A DNA stretch of 64,000 nt from Diplonema japonicum (Eukaryota > Protista > Euglenozoa: Diplonemea), in contig OZ025753.1 in the NCBI GenBank assembly GCA_964019335.1, positions 124,001-188,000 on the forward strand, written 5' to 3'. The first letter of the stretch is position 1. The number at the start of each line of letters is the position of its first letter. Shown here piece after piece: positions 11,238 through 22,989 of this stretch. The notes under the pieces were generated by a model. The model had not been told where the DNA came from. It did not search any database and saw only the letters and a program-made list of their open reading frames with translations. The position numbers were made by a program, and so were the translations under genes.

Positions 11238-14004
11238 ATGACTTCAACATGTCTTCACATGTTGCTGCTGGCAGCCCTCCTCGCAAGCAGTGCTGCGGCA
11301 CCACTCAGTCGCATTGGAGGCATCGATGCCCTCGGTGATGTCAACGACGTGCAAACGATAGGGAACATCGCTTACGTTGCAGGCGGGGCCACGGGTCTCA
11401 TGATATTCGATGTCAGTGATGCGTCGTCGCCGAAGCTGCTGGGCAGCAGTGCTGATTGCATTGGGTGCAACACGACAGCTCAGTACGTGACTGTGGTGGG
11501 CACAACGGCTTACGTGGTTCCTCATTACGGTGGTTACTTTTCCCCAAGTACCCATCACACAGTGTTCGCGATTGTTGATGTGAGCACACCTTCGTCACCG
11601 AGGCAGCTGGGGACTTACGAATCGGATGAGCCCTACCACCTTATAAATCATTTCAGCTACCACCTTCATGTTTTCATTTCGGGGAATAATTATGTGTATT
11701 CACGTCAGCATGATGGGATCCATGTGGTGGATGTGAGCACACCGTCGTCGCCCAGCTTGGTGACAAAGCTTGACAGTGAGCACAAGTGGGATACTTACTG
11801 CGTTGCTGGGACGACCCTCTTCGCGTATTTGCAAGCAGAACCTTCTGGAGCCCCAGACATCTTGCAGCTCTACGAGGTGACAACCCCGAACCTTCCTCAG
11901 ACCTTTGGCGAGCTCACTGTGCAGGAAAACATCACCCACTCTAATCCCACGCTCAGTGTTTTTGAGTCTCATCTCTATGTGGCTTCTGGTACTTTGGTCA
12001 CCATCATCGACATCTCTTCACGTTTGTCCCCACAGCAGATGGGTACCTTGACCCTCACATCGATATTTTCATCTATCTCCGTGTCGGGGAACACAGCTTA
12101 TGTTGGGACTTACAACAATAACGGGCCTGGTCTTGTTGTTGTTGACATCAGCGACCCGTCCATACCGGTACCAGTGGGAAGCAGCACTTTCACTTCTGTA
12201 TCAACCCTCTCTGTGTCTGGGACGAAGGTCGTTGCTGGGGTTCTTCGTAGTCTGGTGGTCTTCGATGTGAGCAATCCCTCTTCACCTCAACCTGTGGGTG
12301 GCTACCGCACGAGAGATTACATGGTGGGTGTTGAGCTTTTTGGTTCGATGGCTGTTGTCACTACCACACCACAAGATCTAAGCAACTTTACCATGCAAAC
12401 CTACGATGTTCGTGATGTTTCTTCCCCGCAAGAGTTGGGCAGTCTTCTGGTCAGTGACTATCGAATCGGCAACTTCCTTGCTCTGTCAGGAACGACAGTG
12501 TACTTGCCATTCCAAGAAACCTCTACAGCTCTTGGTATTCAAGCTGTCAGTGTGAGCGACCCATCTAAGCCCACTGTCTTGGGGGCGTACGAGGTGAATG
12601 GCCCGAGTTATGCACACATTGCGGTTGATGGAACAACAGTTTATGCCACTAGCTATAAGGGTATGGATATCATCGATGCAAGCGTTCCATCATCACCTTC
12701 CTTGTTGGGCACCTTTCAGTACAATGGCGAAAATCTATATGGTGTAACTGTCAACAATGGCTTTGCTTACATTATCACCACCACTGGACCCAACACTACC
12801 CTTTGCATTGTCGATGTGCACGATCCGCAGTCACCCACTCTGTTCACCACCTCAGAGGACCTGCCCTGTGAGCATGCAGTTTACGTGGACAGTAGTGCCA
12901 CTTCCATAGCCATACATAGAACCACTGTCTACTATTCGTGTGAAGGAACCTTTGGCATCATCGACATCAAAGATGCATCGTCGCCTTCACCTCAGCTGCT
13001 TGGGGAGTACACAGCAGAGATCTATGACTTCGCTGTGGACGGGAACACGGTCTATCTTGCCTCTTATGCTCAGCTTCTCGTTCTCGATGTGAGCACACCG
13101 TCGTCTCCACAGCTTGTGGGCAGCCACTTCATCCCCACCGCATTTCAAGGCATCCGTTTCTTCCCTGACTTCTATCTTGGTATTGCTGTTTCAGATGAGA
13201 GGGTTTACGTAGCCAGCTACGGGCTTTATGTTTTTGAAAAGCCCACTTCAACAGCGGCGCCCACTCCGACAGTGGCACCCACAGCACCACCCACATCGGT
13301 ACCCTCAATGGCACCACCCTCAAGATCACCACCCACAACGGTACCTCCAACAGCACAACCCACATCATCGCCCTCAACAGCACAACCCACATCAGGACCC
13401 TCAACACCAGTACCGGACGGAACACCAGCACCCTGTGAGAACAGCAATGACACATGGAAGATTGTGGCTATTGTAGCGATTGCAGCACTTTCCCTTGTCA
13501 TCGTGATTGCCATCGGTGTTGCTTGTGTATGTGAAGACGAAAAGAAGAATAAATAAGAAATAAGAAGAAAGGAGAAGTGGTTCTGAGCCTCCTTTGGCTT
13601 ATTTCTATTTAAGGGAAGCAGACCCTCCAAAGCGCAGTCCAGCTCCACCAATCTAAGAACCACACTTAGCAGTGTAGCTTGGAGGACTGGACGATGGGTG
13701 TGGTACCGTCATGTCGCGTCTGTACCTTAAAAGAAAAACAACTGGAATTTGCCGATACCGCAGTATGCTGCTGCAACAAGGGGGTGGGTAACACCTTCAT
13801 GTGAAGCGTGCAACTTAAATGCTCACCAAGGTCATTTTTTGGCAAGTTGCTGCCAAACTTCTTATATCGAGATTCTGAGTCTGAAAAATAAATACCCCAC
13901 ACCAGTATTGCAAAGCGAAGAAGAAGAAGGTGCCGTTCACTGGTAGAGATGAAGCTCTGGTAGATTTCAAGAACACGAACGACGACGAAAACGACGCTGC
14001 TTAG
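11238..14004 (+). CDS. LVIVD-repeat membrane protein, copy 2; join(11238..13526,13906..14004)
   Basis: As copy 1. Donor GTATGT at 13527, acceptor CCAG at 13905. Exon 2 has an in-frame 9-nt deletion. Confidence 0.85.
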
Positions 14005-15104
14005 GGGTGCTGTAGTTTGTCTGGGAAGGTTCCAAAAAAGAAACAAGAATAGAACTTTAAGCTTTTTTTCATTACCCCCTATTCAAAAAAAAAAAAAATG
14101 ATTACTATATGCAAATTGGGCCGAGCAAAAGACCTTGGAAGCCTTTTAAGATCTTTTTTTTTTGTTTGTGCGAACAACTAAGACGACTTCGTCAAAAGAA
14201 TTCTTTTTTTTTTCTTATTGCTAATAGCAAGCCTTGTGTGCCGTTACATCAAATGAAAGAAGAACAGAAAGAAGAAAAGAAAGGTCGGCAAACGCGTGCA
14301 AAATCTTGTGGGCTGCCCTAAGAGACAAGTGCCTGGGAATTCAGGCACATCATCATCACCTTAAAGCACTTCCAACTTATCTCGAGAAGGGGTTACGGAT
14401 GTGGAATCATACTTTAATGGGGGGGCAAAAAACCCCTCCCTCAACACAAGGTGCATCTGAACGAACTCCAGGAGCTCCCGCGCTAGAAGCCGCTTTGTAA
14501 CCTTGCTTTTTTTTTTTTCTCGTTTTCTTTTTTTTTTTCGTGTGGGTATTTATTTATTCAAACGAGAAAAAAAAAAAAAAAAGAACCTTATCGAATTCTT
14601 TCTCCTTTTTCTTTTTTTCTTCTTTGTGTTTTTTTTTTTTTTTTGTTACAAATATTTATCTTTCAAAAAATGATTTTATAACTATATGCAACTTGTGCCG
14701 AGCAAAAAACTTTCGCAGCTTTTAAAAATCTTTTTTGCTCGTGCGAACAACAAGTTTTTTTGTTTTACCTATGTTGTAATAACCTTTTTGGGTGTCTGAA
14801 TTATTTAAAAAAAGAACTTGTTGTCGATCCTGCTTGTAAAGAAGAAGCAGATACCAAAAGGGGTTGCCGCTGAAATTGATGTCAACTACGCTGGGTCCGG
14901 AAAGGTGAAAGACAGTGAGTGAAATCTCGGTCTGAGAGCCTAGACCGCATCAACAATAGACATACCCCCCCCCCCCCCCCAATCAGGGTGGTCCTCAAGT
15001 GATCGCCTTTTCTATTTCCTCTCTTATTTTAATTAATCGCTTCAATCGGCTTTAGCTTTGGGAATGAATTCCAAAGGTTTGCGGTTGTCTTGTTTGTTTG
15101 TTAG

Positions 15105-15160
15105 GTAGAGCATGAGAACAAGGGCGTCTCACAAAGACTTCCTTTAACTCATATCTATTT
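15105..15160 (+). mobile_element. 5'-truncated 3' tip of the LINE family at 47145
   Basis: TGAGAACAAGGGCGTCTCACAAAGACTTCCTTTAACTCATAT matches 51948-51992 and is absent from the paralogous site at ~7320. Confidence 0.85.
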
Positions 15161-15541
15161 GTTTTCAATGCTTTTGTTTCCCCCTTCGTGGGCGTTGCTA
15201 ACTACTTCGTTCCTATCATAGTGAAATTTTATTTTTTTTTAGGCAATCCTGTCACATACTGCAGGTTCCCTTCAAAGACATCTTTTTTTTTATATTTAGA
15301 TACATCTTCTAGAAGAAAATGAAGTTTTTTTTTTTCGCCCTCGTAGCTCGCCGGGCCAGCACTCTTACTTGCATAAGGTCTTCGTGGTCTTCGGGGATGG
15401 CGCTGCCTCACATTGTGCCACTGCGGCATGGTGAAGAACAGCCAGTCAGTCGCCATGGAGTAGTGATCCTTTAAGGCTCTCTTATCACATCATGTCGGTT
15501 TCATACAACATCCCCTCCCCCACAGGTAGAATTCAGTTCTG

Positions 15542-16546
15542 ATGTCTGTGGCTCTACACGTGCACCTTCCATCTGGGAGCGCTCTTGACATTGCCATGGA
15601 GGGCCATGAGCTGGTGGAACGGCTTAAGGAAAAGGTAGCGTCCGTAGCTGGGTTGAAAACAGACACGTTTCTTTTGATGTTTGAAGGAGAAGAGTTGCGC
15701 GGGGAGCAACATGTTTGGGAGCAGCCGTTCGAGGACCAGAGCGATCTGGAGGTAGTACCGAAGAAGGATACGGAGCTCGAAGCCCACTTCGAAAAACTTG
15801 TGAACCTGAAAGAAGAGCACAGCGGCGACCACCAGGATATTGTCACAACCCTTGCGAAGATCGCATTTCGATGCAAGATGAGAGGCGACACCACCACCGC
15901 TCTGCAATACTGCACAGAGGCCCTGGACATGGCAGGACGCATCGACGGGAATTCGATTTCAACCGCGTCGCTGTTGTCCTTATTGGGTAGCATACAGAAG
16001 GCAGCCAAGGACTACACCACAGCGTTGCAAACACTGCATGCAGCCATGGAGATGCGGAAGAGTATCGATGCAAACATCGGAAGCAGCCACTACAACATAG
16101 GCCATGTCCACAGGCGGCTGGAGGAGTACCCCATGGCACTGCACCACTACAAACAAGCACTCACCATACGCCGTAATTCGAACAGCCGAATGAAGCCTGT
16201 CTATTACACGAGCATAGCGAAGGCGTATCTTGCTATGGGCGATAACAATGCCGCACTGACACACTACCTTTTGGCTTTGGACATTGTGCGTCGGGACCGT
16301 CCATCTGTAGCCTTTAGGATGGTAAGGGTCGCGGACATCTACGAGGCAATGGGCGACACCGACAAGGCTTTGGTGTATCTTGTCAACTCTCTCGAGATGT
16401 TGAGGAGGATAGACTCGGTCGATCACCGCCCTATCATCGCCACCACCTCTGACAGGATAGCCCAGCTGTCCCACGATGCAGGCAATCTTGCGACTGCTGC
16501 AGAGTACCGTAGCATCGCCTCTGAGATGCGGGGCTGTCAGGACTGA
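15542..16546 (+). CDS. Ubiquitin-like domain + TPR-repeat protein
   Basis: N-terminal UBL pattern (LHVHLPSG...LKEKVA...LMFEGEEL) followed by kinesin-light-chain-like TPRs (ALxxYxxALxIRR). Confidence 0.85.
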   Translation: MSVALHVHLPSGSALDIAMEGHELVERLKEKVASVAGLKTDTFLLMFEGEELRGEQHVWEQPFEDQSDLEVVPKKDTELEAHFEKLVNLKEEHSGDHQDIVTTLAKIAFRCKMRGDTTTALQYCTEALDMAGRIDGNSISTASLLSLLGSIQKAAKDYTTALQTLHAAMEMRKSIDANIGSSHYNIGHVHRRLEEYPMALHHYKQALTIRRNSNSRMKPVYYTSIAKAYLAMGDNNAALTHYLLALDIVRRDRPSVAFRMVRVADIYEAMGDTDKALVYLVNSLEMLRRIDSVDHRPIIATTSDRIAQLSHDAGNLATAAEYRSIASEMRGCQD

Positions 16547-16819
16547 AAGCAGTGCGCTTAAAAGGGAAAGCCAGGGACTTTTTTTTTTTTTCTGTGTGAA
16601 CCGTATTTCATTATGATCCTAACCTATCCTAACCGAATTTCTTACCCAGTTTAGGGCGTTATACGGTAGTTACTCACAAACACTGTACTCTGTTTATTGT
16701 TTCAGCAACTTTATTAACAGATAGATCCCCACCCCCCCCCCCCCCCCCCCTTGGCTTGTCCTGTACTTTGAGTTCTCCTTGTATGACGCTCTCTTTTCTT
16801 TTCTTTTTTTTCTTTTTTT

Positions 16820-17147
16820 GCGTCCTCAGGTGGCTGAAAAGGCGTTGACGTCCGTTACAACGATGGAACTCGCTGTAGACTATGAGCAGGCCACCCGACA
16901 GTCCTAGGCTGGACCCCTCGACGACCAGGACTGGCTCACAGAGAAGGCAGGAAGGATGCGACACATCTTAGAACGAGTTCAGAAGTGCACAGCAAAAGAG
17001 TGGGAAGAATGCTTTCCCCGCCAACGCAAAGACAAGACATCTTGGAGGCCCGACGACACACGGCTATGACAGGAGACTACTCTTCTCCTCGAGCCAAACC
17101 GCCCCCTACCTAGCACGACTCCAAGCTATGTTTCTCGCCCAGATGCC
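16820..17147 (+). mobile_element. 3' fragment of the OTU-LINE family
   Basis: Near-identical, with deletions, to 36920-37282. Confidence 0.9.
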
Positions 17148-18022
17148 GTTTCCTTATTTTCAAAATTCTTAAGGGAAACGCGTTTCCTTTTTTAAGGAAA
17201 CGGCTATGTATTTCGGTAAACACATTATTGTACCAGAAGATTCCACCCACATACCAAAAGAAAACAACTTTCCGCCGCTATTTGGGGGTTTTTGTGGACT
17301 TCTGTGACGTATCCACAATTTTGAGCGGGTGTGACAGAACCGCAGAAGGAGCAGCAAGCGGGTCAAAGTCGTCCTATATGTCGTCCAGGAGTGGCCCACG
17401 CAGCTCTGGTCTCGCCCCTTTGTGTCCAACTTGAGATCATCAGCCAATTTTCTGAGGTCATGTTTTAGTGCGCAGTTGTCTTCTTGCGCACCACAGCGTA
17501 GATCTGTGCATCCGTCTTTGGCACTCTCCACTGTCAATGTACTACGGAAGGAGATCTTCCTCATCAGTGGGAACGACTATCAGAAAAGAAAGCTGTAGAA
17601 CAGCAGCAAGCCCCTCAAGCTCAATAACAGTCCGCTTCCTTCCTCTGCGGATTTCTGCACCAGGAGCAACAGCCGATGATGCTGCTCAGCAAAGCGCCAC
17701 AACTCTCAGCCCCGACCCCGAACCCCAGAAGCATCGCAAGCGCATGCAGAACGCCAGCGTTGGGTTGTTGAGCTGTACACAGCACTTCTGGAGCTTCACT
17801 ACTTTCTTCCTCAGAACTCTGTTCTGGGCCCACAGCCTCTAGTACGCCTTGACGGACAGGGTTCCCTTGTTTGTGGGGTCATCATTATCTTCATCATGTC
17901 TTCATCGTCGTTGCTGTCGTCATCACTGCCTTATAGTGCCGTCTGCAACTGCTATGTTTATATCACAGGTTTACGAAAAGAGAAAGAGGGGGGGGGAAAA
18001 AGGAGTTACCAAAAAATACGAA

Positions 18023-21000
18023 ATGACTTCAACATGTCTTCACATGTTGCTGCTGGCAGCCCTCCTCGCAAGCAGTGCTGCGGCACCACTCAGTCGCATT
18101 GGAGGCATCGATGCCCTCGGTGATGTCAACGACGTGCAAACGATAGGGAACATCGCTTACGTTGCAGGCGGGGCCACGGGTCTCATGATATTCGATGTCA
18201 GTGATGCGTCGTCGCCGAAGCTGCTGGGCAGCAGTGCTGATTGCATTGGGTGCAACACGACAGCTCAGTACGTGACTGTGGTGGGCACAACGGCTTACGT
18301 GGTTCCTGTTAGAGTCAATTACAATCCCACTGGTTGGTCCCATCACACAGTGTTCGCGATTGTTGATGTGAGCACACCTTCGTCACCGAGGCAGCTGGGG
18401 ACTTATGAAAAAGAAAATGCTGTCTACTCTCACGTTTTCATTTCAGGGAAGTATGTGTATTCACGTCAGAATGATGGGATCCATGTGGTGGATGTGAGCA
18501 CACCGTCGTCGCCCAGCTTGGTGACAAAGCTTGACAGTGAGCACAAGTGGGGTACTTACTGCGTTGCTGGGACGACCCTTTTCGCGTATTTGCAATCATT
18601 TTATATATCCCCAGACGTCCTGCAGCTCTACGAGGTGACAACCCCGAACCTTCCTCAGTTCTTGAGTACGCTGCAAGTTAGCGCCAATAATAATCCCAAG
18701 CTCAATGCTTTTGGGTCTCATCTCTATGTGGCTTCTGATATGTCTGTCATCATCATCGACATTTCTTCACGTTTGTCCCCACAGCAGGTTAGTACCTTGA
18801 CCCTCACATCTTCATTTTCATCTCTCTCCGTGTCGGGGAACACAGCTTATGTTGGGACTTACAACAATTACGGGCCTGGTCTTGTTGTTGTTGACATCAG
18901 CGACCCGTCCATACCGGTACCAGTGGGAAGCAGCACTTTCACTTCTGTATCAACCCTCTCTGTGTCTGGGACGAAGGTCGTTGCTGGGGTTCTTCGTAGT
19001 CTGGTGGTCTTCGATGTGAGCAATCCCTCTTCACCTCAACCTGTGGGTGGCTACCGCACGAGGGATTACATGACGGGTCTTGGGCTATTTGGTTCGGTGG
19101 CTGTTGTCACTACCACACCACAAGATCTAAGCAACTTGACCATGCAAACCTACGATGTTCGTGATGTGTCTTCCCCGCAAGAGTTGGGCAGCCTTCTGGT
19201 CAATGACTATCGAGGCACTCCCAACTTCCTTGCTCTGTCAGGAACGACAGTGTACTTGCCATACCAGGATGAGCACTTTGGTGGTGTTCAAACTGTCAGT
19301 GTGAGCGACCCATCTAAGCCCACTGTCTTGGGGGCGTACGAGGTGAATGGCACGAGTTATGCACACATTGCGGTTGATGGAACAACAGTTTATGCCATTA
19401 ACGATTACGATGGCATGCATATGGATATCATCGATGCAAGCGTTCCATCATCACCTTCCTTGTTGGGCACCTTTCAGTACAATGATTGCAATGATGGCTA
19501 TCTGCGTTCTGTAACTGTCAAGCATGGCTTTGCTTACATTATCGCCACCGGATCCAACACTACCCTTTGCATTGTCGATGTGCACGATCCGCAGTCACCC
19601 ACTCTGTTCACCACCTTGGGTTACCTGCCCTGTGAGGGCACAGCCACTTCCAGTGCGGGAACAGCCACTTCCATAGCCATACATAGAACCACTGTCTACT
19701 ATTCGTGTGAAGGAACCTTTGGCATCATCGACATCGAAGATGCATGGTCGCCTTCACCTCAGCTGCTTGGGGAGTACACAGCAGTGGTCTTTGACTTCGC
19801 TGTTGACGGGAACACGGTCTATCTTGCCTCTTATGCTCAGCTTCTCGTTCTCGATGTGAGCACACCGTCGTGGCCACAGCTTGTGGGCAGCCACTTCATC
19901 CCCTCCGCATTTCAAGGCATCTATGGCTACTATGACTACTATCTTGGTATCGCTGTTTCAGGTGGGAGGGTTTACGTAGCCAGCTACGGGCTTTATGTTT
20001 TTGGGAACGAGCCCACTCCAACAGCGGCACCCACGTCGGCACCTGCCACATTGGCACCCTCAACAGCACCACCCACATCAGGACCAACAGCGGCACCCAC
20101 GTCGGCACCCTCAACACCAGCACCCAGTGGGAACAGCAATGACACATTGAAGATTGTGGTGATTATAGGGGCACTTTCCCTTGTCATCGTGATTGCCATC
20201 GGTGTGGCTTGTGTATGTAACGACAAAATATAAAAAAAGAAATGGGAGAAAGGGAGAAATGATTTCTGAGCCTCCTTTGGCTTTTTTTTTAAAGGGGAGC
20301 AAACCCTGCAATAACTTTTGGAAGCATGTGGTCAGCTAAACCCATTGATACTCATCGGCGAGCCCCTGTTTCCATATTTCCAAAAAGAATGGCTTGGGAA
20401 CGCGTTTTTTTTATTTGCTGGAACAAGTAAACAAATCTTGAAAAAGACGCCCGTTTATCCCCTGCTGTAGGTGAAAACGGCTTGCACAAACAAAAAATGG
20501 CTTGCATGGACATCGATCTGTCTGTTGCGCTGTACCCCGAGGGAGCCTTGCCGTCATTGAAAACGACGAAACCTACAAAACGCGAGCGTCTCGAGACACT
20601 TCCAACCCACCTAGTGGGTGCGACCTTTGCAAGTCGAAAAGGAAGTGGAATTTAAAAAAAAAAAGAAGCTTCAGGGCTGCCCGTGCCATTGAGCCAAAAC
20701 GCAAAAAAGCTGATTCGCTTCAGCTATACCTAGGGAGGGGGGTGGAGGGCTGCAGGTACCCGGCTGGGCACAAAAGTGGGACTTTTTTTTTTTAAATTTA
20801 TATTGGGATTCTGAGTCTGAAAAGTAATACCCCCCCCCCCCCCCCTAGGGCTATGCTGGCAGGAAACGTTTCCGTTTCCGTTTCCGTTCCCGTTCCCGTT
20901 TCCGTTTCCATACTTTTCAAAATTCTTATGGAAACGGCTTCCTTCTTAAGGAAACATAAGGAAACGTTTCCGTTTCCGTATCCGTTTCCGTTTCCCTTTT

Positions 21001-21566
21001 TTCAAAAAATGCATGGAAACGCGTTTCCATGCCAGCATAGCCCTAGGGGGGGTCATTTGGTCCTTAAAAAGGGCCACTTTTTGCCCTTTTTCAGGCTCTT
21101 CGCCAAGGGCATTTTGGGCCCTTAAAAAAACTGTAACCACCCCAAAAGTGCCCACAAATCACCCAAACCCCCGTTTCCCGATGGTTTCCGGCCCCAGAAG
21201 TGCCCAGAATCATCCTAGGGGGCCCTATTTTATGTTCCCTAGGATTACATAGGGAAAGTACCAAACAGGGGCCCCAAAATTAGAAGATGATTCTGGGCAC
21301 TTCTGGGGCCGGAAACCATCGGGAAACGGGGGTTTGGGTGATTTGTGGGCACTTTTGGGGTGGTTACAGTTTTTTTAAGGGCCCAAAATGCCCTTGGCGA
21401 AGAGCCTGAAAAAGGGCAAAAAACGACCCCCTTATGACCCCCCCTACCCCCCCCGCACACACCACAGTATTGCAAAGCGAAGAAGGCGCTGGGCAGTGGG
21501 GATGAAGCTCTGGTAGATTTCAATAACACGAACGACAACGAAAACGACTACAGTGTTGCTGCTTAG
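18023..21566 (+). CDS. LVIVD-repeat membrane protein, copy 3; join(18023..20212,21468..21566)
   Basis: Start at MTSTCLHM as in copy 2. Donor 20213, acceptor CACAG 21467. Exon 2 = YCKAKKALGSGDEALVDFNNTNDNENDYSVAA*. Confidence 0.8.
20582..20662 (+). repeat. Structured 3' terminus + A-tail of a retroelement; other copies 24426-24505 and 59798-59890, tips at ~39945 and ~45632
   Basis: CACTTCC...GGAAGTG closes two hairpins and is followed by GAATTT(A)n. Confidence 0.7.
20846..21045. mobile_element. hAT-type (Ds-like) MITE in the intron of copy 3
   Basis: 16-bp TIR TAGGGCTATGCTGGCA / TGCCAGCATAGCCCTA with CCGTTT/AAACGG subterminal repeats. Related pieces at 17147-17210 and 25553-25570. Confidence 0.8.
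21046..21445. mobile_element. Foldback / long-TIR MITE
   Basis: ~135-bp apparently perfect inverted repeat (~21078-21213 vs ~21286-21422); ends GGGGGGTCAT / ATGACCCCCC. Confidence 0.75.
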
Positions 21567-22989
21567 GGTACTGCAGTTTGACTCTGTCTGGAAAGAAGGA
21601 AAGAAGAATATAAAGTGTCCAATCTCTTTATTTGGTAGAATCGCCGTTATGGCCACGCCAACGTCTACTATTTTATATCCCTGTTTTAGTTTCTATCAAC
21701 CTTTTACCCTTTTCCACGGGTCCCCTGAGAGTAGGTCTTGGGCTGAGTGACAGTTTCGCTAAGCCCGTTGTAAATCCTCATGATTCTCAGGGTGTTTAAG
21801 CTAGTAACCTCTTTTTTTTTTTTTTATGCGCCTCCCCATCTTTTTATTTTTTATTTTATATTTTTTATGTCATTGTAGTTAGCCTCGTAGGAAGTAAAAT
21901 CGTCCAGCAGGGGTCACCAGTAACTCGTTCACAGAAGTTCCAACAGCGATGACAAAGGGAAGATGATTTCGGTTGTCTGCACAACAGGTACGAGTACTCA
22001 GCAAGCTGCAAGGGCTGGAGGATCTTTCTGGACTTACGGTTTTCTTGGGCCATATACGCGGAGGTCACAGGTCTGCAACAGAAACCCCTCTGTGACGCAT
22101 GCGAAGCACGACCTTTGGAAGTGCGGGCAGTGCTATATTTTTTTATATAACCTCCAGGTACCAAACCGTGGTCACCCTGTTCAAAAATGCAAAAAGAACT
22201 GCTTGTAAGTGCCCAAGGTGCCCAAAAACCGGGCGGAAATCGACTTTTTGGTCAAAGTAGTACATGGGTTCGCCCTCAACGGGGAGTCCCTTATTCCATT
22301 ACATTGAACAAGGAGGTGTCACCAGGTCAGGCAAGTAGCCTCTCCGCGGCTTCTTGCCAGTGAAGCAAGCCTCCCACAACATGCTCTCCAGTTGGTGTTT
22401 AATTGCTTCTGTGGCCCCACTCCCTATTTCAATTTCCAAGCTTTCTTTACCTCTCCACTTTTACTTTCTACGGGACCACAGGACTTGGGAAGCTTCACAA
22501 GGGTGGCCGCTGTGTCACATACTGCATGGCGCCACTAAAATCGAGACACTTTTTTTTATCAACTGTTTATCACTCTGTTTCTTGTTATTTTGTTTTTTTT
22601 ATATTCGACTGCTGATGCAGAGGGTTGCCCGTTGACGAATCAGGCAAACCGACGGTCGGGTAAGGCCGCCGTTCATACGCTGAAGAACACCGAGCGGGTC
22701 TGGAGGACAAACTCTCGCACACAAGACTGCGACGGCCGGGTCGTCGAAGCAGAGAGGGAACAACACGTGGATCATGGCCAAGCTTGATTCGGAAGGGGAC
22801 GTCGAGAGACGGCAACAGTACACGCGGCATGGAGATAGGAGAGCCTTAAAGGATCACTGCTCCATGTCGACTGACTGGCTGTTCTGACGCTGCAGTGGCA
22901 CAATGTGAGGCAGCGCCATCCCCCAAAGAATGACTCTGTCGCCGCTGAACGCGACTGCGTGGACGCATTGCGCATCCTCCATCACGGAA

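Noticed and set aside
17220-17845. Possible hAT transposase remnant after a MITE-like piece
   Set aside because: Only a weak CxxH-like match; no catalytic motifs confirmed.
17849-18022. N-terminal extension of copy 3
   Set aside because: Non-ATG start upstream of the conserved CACAG site and absent in paralogues; the start is 18023.
22620-22960. Coding-like repeat (inverted partial copy at 15393-15480)
   Set aside because: The repeat is real but no domain is recognisable, so it is left unassigned.
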